A stretch of 42,279 bases of DNA. Origin: an uncultured Lachnospiraceae bacterium (GTDB lineage Bacteria; Bacillota; Clostridia; Lachnospirales; Lachnospiraceae). The translations under genes and the position numbers were made by a program. Under the pieces are notes generated by a model that saw nothing but the letters and a program-made list of their open reading frames with translations, was not told the origin of the DNA and did not search any database. Shown here piece by piece: positions 36,875 to 42,279 of the stretch; position 1 is the stretch's first letter, and each line of letters starts with the position of its first letter. Where the stretch lies: the NCBI GenBank assembly GCA_900313745.1, contig OMSM01000035.1, positions 1-42,279 on the forward strand, given 5' to 3'.

Positions 36875-37423
36875 TTATTCGGGCAATCTCCTCAGCAGCG
36901 CCCTTCCGTTCTCCTTAAGCCACCCGTGCCACCGGTGGTACTCGGGGAACACCCGCAGCACCTCGGCGTAGAAGCGCTCCGAGTGGTTCATCTCCTTCCG
37001 GTGGCAGAGCTCGTGGACCACGACGCTGTCCTGGACCTCCGGCGGGGCGAGCATCAGGAGACAGTTGAAGTTGAGGTTTCCCTTTGAGCTGCAGCTGCCC
37101 CAGCGGGTCCGCTGGCTCCGGATGGTGATGCGGCCGCAGGTGACGCCGATAAGAGGCGCGTAATGGCGGACCCGCTCCGGAAGGACCTTCTTCGCCTGCG
37201 CGGCGAGCTCCGCCAGCTCCTCTTCGGTGAGCGGCGTGATGTCCCCCTCAAGACGGGCCCGGGCCAGCGCCTTGGCCTGATGCCGGCGCACCCAGTCCTG
37301 GTGGGTTTCAAGGAAGAGATCGATGGACGCCCGGGAGGCGCGGCGGGGTGCCCGCACCCACACCTCACCGTCCGGGCGGATCTCGATGCTTATGGTTTTC
37401 CTGGCGGATCGGATAATTCTCAT
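36875..37423 (-). CDS. YgjP/DUF45 (M48/SprT-like) zinc-dependent hydrolase
   Basis: RSARKTISI, QRTRWGSCS and VVVHELCH..EMNHSERF motifs; start overlaps the upstream stop. Confidence 0.92.
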   Translation of the reverse strand: MRIIRSARKTISIEIRPDGEVWVRAPRRASRASIDLFLETHQDWVRRHQAKALARARLEGDITPLTEEELAELAAQAKKVLPERVRHYAPLIGVTCGRITIRSQRTRWGSCSSKGNLNFNCLLMLAPPEVQDSVVVHELCHRKEMNHSERFYAEVLRVFPEYHRWHGWLKENGRALLRRLPE

Positions 37424-37923
37424 GGACGCAGCTCCATCTTCCGGATTTCGTCTGCCCGGGCGATGATCTTCTCCTTCCAGTCGTCGTCCTCGGCGTCCAG
37501 CTGATAAGTTTTGAAGCCGTACTGCCTGCCCAGGGTGCAGATGATGGTCTCGTCGTCGATGTGCAGGGAGATCCGGTAGCGGTTCGGGAGCTTCTGCGGA
37601 AGGATGGTTTTGTTGTCGCGCTGTACTTCCCTGAGGTGCCTCGTGGCGTTGACGATGCCGTCGAACTTCACGCCATAGAGCCGGAAGAGCCGACGGATGT
37701 AGCGCTCCGAGCGGAAAGACGAGGTATAAACCCAGACCTCGTAGCCCAGCTCCTGCAGCCTGTTGATCAGCTCGGGCGTGCCGAGGCGGAGCCGCTCGAT
37801 GAAAAACCTGTTCAGAGGGAAGATCAGGGGGCGCTCGGTCTTGTGCGTTTTCGGGTTGACGAAGAGAACCTCGTCCAGATCAAAGGAGATCCGCATCTTC
37901 TGCGGATAAGTTTTATTATTCAT
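37420..37923 (-). CDS. Small HAD-superfamily hydrolase
   Basis: Motif I SFDLDEVL, motif II YTSS, motif III K (QKLP), motif IV HIDD. Confidence 0.82.
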   Translation of the reverse strand: MNNKTYPQKMRISFDLDEVLFVNPKTHKTERPLIFPLNRFFIERLRLGTPELINRLQELGYEVWVYTSSFRSERYIRRLFRLYGVKFDGIVNATRHLREVQRDNKTILPQKLPNRYRISLHIDDETIICTLGRQYGFKTYQLDAEDDDWKEKIIARADEIRKMELRP

Positions 37924-37935
37924 GGCAATCCTTGT

Positions 37936-38009
37936 GCCGGAAGCCGCGCCGGAAATCCGGGCGGGACGGCAAAGCCCCGGGCTTCCGGGTTTCCGGCGCA
38001 GCCTTCGGC
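37936..38009. other. 25-bp imperfect inverted repeat between the ParB-HAD and HAD genes
   Basis: gccggaagccgcgccggaaatccgg ... ccgggtttccggcgcagccttcggc. Confidence 0.65.
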
Positions 38010-38020
38010 AGCTGCTCCGG

Positions 38021-38911
38021 TCAGGGCTGATCCGGCTTATTCATCTTCTCGATGACGTTCATCACGTCCATCGACCAGTTCTCGTCGCCGTCGGCGATGT
38101 CCACCTGCTCGAAGTCTTTGGAGCCCCGGAAGACCCGGAGAACCATGTCGTTGTGGAGATTGACGGTCTCCCTGTAGCGGTCGGTGATGAGCTGTTCCAC
38201 CCGCTTCTTCGTCTCCGGATCCACCGAGGTCTTCCGGCGCGTGCCGGTCACGATGCCGTCCACATGGACGTGGTACTTGCGGAAATAGGCCCGGATGTAG
38301 TCCAGCGAGTAGTACTGCGGGGTGAAGAGCCAGATGTCGTAGCCCTTCCTCGAGAGGAAGCGGAAGAGGGCCGGAATGCCGCGCTTTATGCGCTCCTTGT
38401 ACATCCAGGCGAAGGGCAGCGGCAGTTTTCGCTCGAGATACGGGCTGTCCTTCGTCCGGAAAAGCACCTCGTCCAGATCGATCGTGACCCGCTTGTCGTG
38501 CTGCGAGCGCTCCACCATTTTCCGGATGTCGATCTCCTGGGTCAGGTTCACGATCTTCACCGGCACGGTTTTCAGCCCGTAGCGCATGGCCGCCGCCCAG
38601 CGGTGGTGGCCGTTGAGGATAAGATAGCCGTCCGGAAGCATCTTCTCGATGATGATCGGGTCCTCGATGGGCGGCAGGCCGTGAAGCTTGGCGTCCCGGA
38701 ACCGGCTGATGTAATCGGTGATGATCTGGTAGCTGGGGCCGACCTCGGGCATGGAAAACTCGTCCTCCGGGTTCGGGTGGAGTTTTGAGCAGTTAAGCCG
38801 CCGCACCAGCACGCATTCGGGGAGGCTGGCCCTCACCGGAACCGTGACTCCTTTGTATTTCCGCATCTCGTCCGCCAGGAAGTCGGCGAACTGGGTGGTC
38901 GATCCCGCCAT
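38021..38911 (-). CDS. ParB/Srx N-terminal domain fused to a HAD-like domain
   Basis: LHPNP and PIIIEK...YLILNGHHRWAAA...VPVKIV (ParBc); TIDLDEVLF HAD motif I; AGGAG RBS before MAGSTT. Confidence 0.8.
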   Translation of the reverse strand: MAGSTTQFADFLADEMRKYKGVTVPVRASLPECVLVRRLNCSKLHPNPEDEFSMPEVGPSYQIITDYISRFRDAKLHGLPPIEDPIIIEKMLPDGYLILNGHHRWAAAMRYGLKTVPVKIVNLTQEIDIRKMVERSQHDKRVTIDLDEVLFRTKDSPYLERKLPLPFAWMYKERIKRGIPALFRFLSRKGYDIWLFTPQYYSLDYIRAYFRKYHVHVDGIVTGTRRKTSVDPETKKRVEQLITDRYRETVNLHNDMVLRVFRGSKDFEQVDIADGDENWSMDVMNVIEKMNKPDQP

Positions 38912-39022
38912 GATGTATTCTCTCCTTGCCATAGTGCTGTGGGGCCGGTTGAGATTATAATTAAAAATCATTGGAACCGCTTCGAGGACTCGCGAACACT
39001 GCTGAAGCAGCTTTTCGCTCGT

Positions 39023-39101
39023 TATCTTATCGGTTCCTTCGGAACCGGCACCCCTCACTTCGTTCGGGGTGCGAACCAGCTTCGCTGGTTACGATAAGAT
39101 A
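39023..39101. other. Cloverleaf-like palindromic element with GAA/TTC-looped hairpins
   Basis: Closing stem tatcttatcg/cgataagata; arms gttcc-ttc-ggaac, gcacccc/ggggtgc and aaccagc-ttc-gctggtt. Confidence 0.7.
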
Positions 39102-39102
39102 C

Positions 39103-39111
39103 ATTATACCA
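39103..39111 (-). promoter_or_regulatory. Extended -10 element (TGGTATAAT) facing the ParB-HAD genes
   Basis: Plus-strand attatacca reads TGGTATAAT on the minus strand. Confidence 0.55.
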
Positions 39112-39131
39112 AGTCTCCGGAGGAGAAGGAT

Positions 39132-40901
39132 ATGCTGTCTGAGGATTCCCGCCTGCTGTCAAAACTGTTCTTCCGCCTGCTTCCCATCCAGATTCTTCTC
39201 GCGGCCATCGGCGCGGTCAACGGCATCGTCTCGGGGCTTTTTGCCAGCAACTATGTCGGTCAGGACGCCATGAGCGCCGTCGGTCTCTACGGGCCGGTCA
39301 CCACCTTCCTGAGCGCGGTCGGCGTCATGCTCATGGGAGGCTCCCAGCTGCTCTGCGGCAGATACATGGGGAGCAACGAGACGGAGCGCACCAGAAGTGT
39401 TTTCTCCCTGGACATCCTGATCTCGGTGATCCTCTCCGCCGCGGTCACCGCGGCGCTCGTCATCGCCGCGGGCCTTGATCTCACCGCGTTCCTCACCGGC
39501 GGGGCCGGCACCGACAGGCAGATCTTAAACCAGTACATCCTCGGCCAGGCCATCGGCGTGCTGCCGCTCGTGACAAGCCAGCAGCTCTCGGCCTTCCTGT
39601 CCCTGGAGAACCGGTCAAAGCGCACGACGGCGGCCAGCGTCGTCTACATCCTTGTCAATCTGGCGCTGAACTACCTCTTCGTCGCGGTGGGAAAGATGGG
39701 CGCCTTCGGCCTGGCGCTCGCCTCGTCCCTGGGCCAGTGGGTCTTCTGCGGCATTCAGGCGCAGTACTTCCTCTCCGGGAAATCCATGCTCCGGTTCTCG
39801 CTTAAGGGGAGCCGGCTAAAGGATATTCCGGACATCCTCCGCATCGGCTACCCCGGCGCCCTCGCCAGCGGCTACATGACCATCCGGGGACTTGCCGTCA
39901 ACGCGCTGATTATCCGCTATGTCGGAGGCGCGGGGCTCTCCGCCCTGTCCGCGGCCAATTCCTTCCTGGGCATCTTCTGGGCGCTGCCCTCCGGCGTCCT
40001 CGCGGTCTCCCGCATGCTGATCGGCGTCAGCATCGGCGAGGAGGACCGCAGATCCCTGACGGACGTCATGCGGGTCGCCTTCTACCGGTGCGTGCCGTAC
40101 ATGTGCGCCGTTTCCGCGGTGCTGATCCTCCTGGCCCGGCCGCTCACCGGCCTCTACTACAAGGACGCCGCCGATCCGGTGTACCGGATGACGGTCATGG
40201 GCTTCCGGCTGCTGCCGGTCTGCATGCCCCTCGCCATCTTCTGCACGCACTTTACCTGCTACGCCCAGGCCTCGGGCAGGCAGCTCCTCGTGCATATCCT
40301 CTCGCTGCTGGACGGACTGGTCTGCGTGGCCGGGTTTACGGCCCTGCTGGCCCCCTTCATGGGGATGAACGGCGTATATGCCGCGAATATACTGAACGGC
40401 GTCGTGTGCGCCCTCTTCCCGCTCCTTTACTCCTGGGCGCGGCGCAGGAGTTTTCCCCGGAATATGGAGGAGGCCATGGATATTCCCGACAGCTTCGGCG
40501 CCGCTGAGGAGGACCGCATCGATATCGCCGTGCGCAGCATGGACGAGGTGGTGACGGTCTCGGAGAAGATATCCGCGTTCTGCCGGGAGAAGGGGATCGA
40601 CCGGCGCCGCTCCTTCCACGCGGCGCTCTGCCTGGAGGAAATGGCGGGCAACGTGGTGGCGCACGGGTTCCCGAAGGACAGGAGGGCGCACACCGCGGAT
40701 GTCCGGCTCGTGAAGAAGGACAGCGACCTGATCCTCAGAATCAAGGACGACTGCGCCCCCTTTGATCTGGCCGAGCGCAGGGCGATCATGGATCCGGAGG
40801 ACAAAACCCGGAACATCGGCATACGTATTGTCTACGGCGCGGCAAAAGACATACAATATCAGAACATGTTCGGCCTTAATGTCACGACCGTTCGGATATA
40901 A
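39132..40901 (+). CDS. MATE family transporter fused to a C-terminal anti-sigma-factor-type HATPase domain
   Basis: About 12 TM segments with GQDAMSAVG, NLALNYLFV..MGAFGLALAS and ILRIGYP; C-terminal LCLEEMAGNVVAHG, IKDDCAPFD, NIGIRIV and GLNV; GGAG/AAGGA RBS. Confidence 0.88.
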   Translation: MLSEDSRLLSKLFFRLLPIQILLAAIGAVNGIVSGLFASNYVGQDAMSAVGLYGPVTTFLSAVGVMLMGGSQLLCGRYMGSNETERTRSVFSLDILISVILSAAVTAALVIAAGLDLTAFLTGGAGTDRQILNQYILGQAIGVLPLVTSQQLSAFLSLENRSKRTTAASVVYILVNLALNYLFVAVGKMGAFGLALASSLGQWVFCGIQAQYFLSGKSMLRFSLKGSRLKDIPDILRIGYPGALASGYMTIRGLAVNALIIRYVGGAGLSALSAANSFLGIFWALPSGVLAVSRMLIGVSIGEEDRRSLTDVMRVAFYRCVPYMCAVSAVLILLARPLTGLYYKDAADPVYRMTVMGFRLLPVCMPLAIFCTHFTCYAQASGRQLLVHILSLLDGLVCVAGFTALLAPFMGMNGVYAANILNGVVCALFPLLYSWARRRSFPRNMEEAMDIPDSFGAAEEDRIDIAVRSMDEVVTVSEKISAFCREKGIDRRRSFHAALCLEEMAGNVVAHGFPKDRRAHTADVRLVKKDSDLILRIKDDCAPFDLAERRAIMDPEDKTRNIGIRIVYGAAKDIQYQNMFGLNVTTVRI

Positions 40902-41051
40902 TAGTATCGCCGCGGCGGCGCGTCGGCGGCCAGGCAGCTGCGGACGTCGCCGGGCCCCGGACACCTGTGGCTGGTCACGGGCGCGGGCGGCGGAAATACG
41001 GGTAGTATTCACATCGGTTCGGATGAGCCGGGCCATAGAAGGAGACAGATT

Positions 41052-41621
41052 ATGCTTACACTTGAGAGAGCGCGGGAACTGAACGGCACCATGGTCACGG
41101 AGGACCACCTCATCCTTCACGCGATGAACGTGAGCTACGCCATGGGCGCCATGGCGGAGCACTTCGGCGCGGATAAGGAGCACTGGGAGGCAGTGGGCTT
41201 CCTTCACGACTATGATTACGAGAAGTACCCGGAGGAGCACCTGCAGCACACGGAGAAGGAGCTCCTGGCGGAAGGGGTGGATCCGGAGGACGTGCGCGCC
41301 ATTATGAGCCACGGCTACGGAATCCTCAACGACGTGGAGCCGGTCACGGACATGGAGAAGAGCCTCTTTACCGTGGACGAGCTCACCGGCATCATCCAGG
41401 CCTGCGCCCGGATGCGCCCCAACGGCATAAGCGACCTGGAGGTGAAGAGCTTCATGAAGAAGTTCAAGGACAAGCGCTTCGCCGCCAAGTGCGACCGCGC
41501 CCTTATCAATCAGGGCTGCGAAATGCTGGGGATGGACGTGAAGGACGTCGCCGCCATCTGCATCGAGGGCATGCGCGCCCACGCGGAGGAGCTGGGCCTT
41601 ACCGGCACCGGGGCGGAATGA
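41052..41621 (+). CDS. HD (HDIG-type) metal-dependent phosphohydrolase
   Basis: LILH, GFLHDYDYE, AIMSH, DELTG and KKFKDKRFAA motifs; AGGAG RBS. Confidence 0.9.
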   Translation: MLTLERARELNGTMVTEDHLILHAMNVSYAMGAMAEHFGADKEHWEAVGFLHDYDYEKYPEEHLQHTEKELLAEGVDPEDVRAIMSHGYGILNDVEPVTDMEKSLFTVDELTGIIQACARMRPNGISDLEVKSFMKKFKDKRFAAKCDRALINQGCEMLGMDVKDVAAICIEGMRAHAEELGLTGTGAE

Positions 41622-41657
41622 GGCTGCGCTTATGCCGCCGGATAGATGCAGCAGGCT

Positions 41658-42278
41658 TCATGGCCTGCTCCACCGCTCCGGCATCAGGGCACACACGCGA
41701 ATCTCTTCCGGTTCTGTTTCTTCCTCTACTTTCACGGTCCTCTCTTCGCCCGGCAGCAGCGGGAAATAATTGTCACTGAAGCGCGTCCGGTCATCCGGAC
41801 AGGAGAGGACGACGATCGGGGTGAACACCTCTGCGCGCACGGTAACGGCGTAAGCTGCCCCGGCACTCTCCGCGGAGACGATCTCCGGCCGGCTCTCCGC
41901 AAAAGCATATCTTCTGTAATAAGCCCTCAGATCTGTCACGGGTTCAAAACTTCCGTTCCCCGCATACGCGTAGGCATACCCGGCTTCTCTGTCCCCGGGG
42001 ATCGTCAGAGTCACGTCCCGGCGGCTGTGCGGCCCGAGCTTCAGAGCAAAGGTTCCCATATCCTCCGGCGCGGTGTCGCCGAAGCGCGCATATCCGTAAT
42101 GAACCACGCAGTCCACCGGCTCCGGGGTCTCGTTAATGGCCGTCAGTACGACGGATTCGTCAAACCGGTCCTCCTCCGGGATCCGGAACGCGCGGGCCTC
42201 GGGAAGCGAGTAAAGTGCGCCGTCTGCGTCTCGTCCGATTCCGTCTGTCCCGGCTCCGCCTGCAGGTGCCCCGGATGC
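41658..42278 (-). CDS. 3' part of a probable GH2 beta-mannosidase-like protein (runs off the window end)
   Basis: Frame is open to the window edge; C-terminal Ig-like FSDNYFPLLPGEERTV motif. Confidence 0.65.
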   Translation of the reverse strand, partial: ASGAPAGGAGTDGIGRDADGALYSLPEARAFRIPEEDRFDESVVLTAINETPEPVDCVVHYGYARFGDTAPEDMGTFALKLGPHSRRDVTLTIPGDREAGYAYAYAGNGSFEPVTDLRAYYRRYAFAESRPEIVSAESAGAAYAVTVRAEVFTPIVVLSCPDDRTRFSDNYFPLLPGEERTVKVEEETEPEEIRVCALMPERWSRP

Positions 42279-42279
42279 C

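Noticed and set aside
38021-38911. Chromosome or plasmid partition ParB
   Set aside because: No HTH or dimerisation domain, no parA neighbour, no parS palindrome seen
39023-39101. tRNA gene (cloverleaf of tRNA size)
   Set aside because: No D-loop GG, no 7-nt anticodon or T loops and no CCA; kept only as a palindromic element
39816-41582. 588-aa minus-strand ORF
   Set aside because: Antisense shadow of the MATE and HD genes; no motifs; expected from GC-rich codon bias

Overview
GC-rich window from a probable anaerobic Firmicute (Lachnospiraceae/Clostridia-like, judged from gene content, Shine-Dalgarno sites and extended -10 promoters). Left to right it holds: an M50-like membrane peptidase; a split B12-dependent methionine synthase operon (metF, a stand-alone reactivation domain, metH core); an acidic lipoprotein; ogt joined to a truncated sensor-kinase 5' fragment; and an internally deleted TRIC-family gene. 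Next is a ~15 kb carbohydrate locus (N-terminally truncated His kinase, AraC response regulator, GH28-like beta-helix enzyme, ABC importer, mutarotase-like protein, malQ, MBL hydrolase, GH31), with a divergent enolase-superfamily / double-SDR / RraA-like operon. A more AT-rich segment (~28.5-35.2 kb) carries an AAA_14-DUF4143 ATPase-nuclease preceded by an exact 33-bp-period repeat array, a BtrH-like protein and two frameshifted ABC exporters. The right end has an esterase-fold protein lacking its catalytic Ser, a ParB-HAD / HAD / YgjP / GNAT gene run, a MATE-HATPase fusion, an HD protein and the 3' end of a GH2-like gene. No CRISPR array, rRNA, intact tRNA or transposase was seen. The best leads are the ParB-HAD + HAD module, the 33-bp array at the AAA-nuclease promoter, a possible non-phosphorylative sugar-acid pathway, a possibly circularly permuted kinase gene bounding the sugar locus, GCGAAGC-hairpin intergenic elements and pervasive low-complexity loop insertions. 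All family assignments come from motif recognition by eye; no searches were run.
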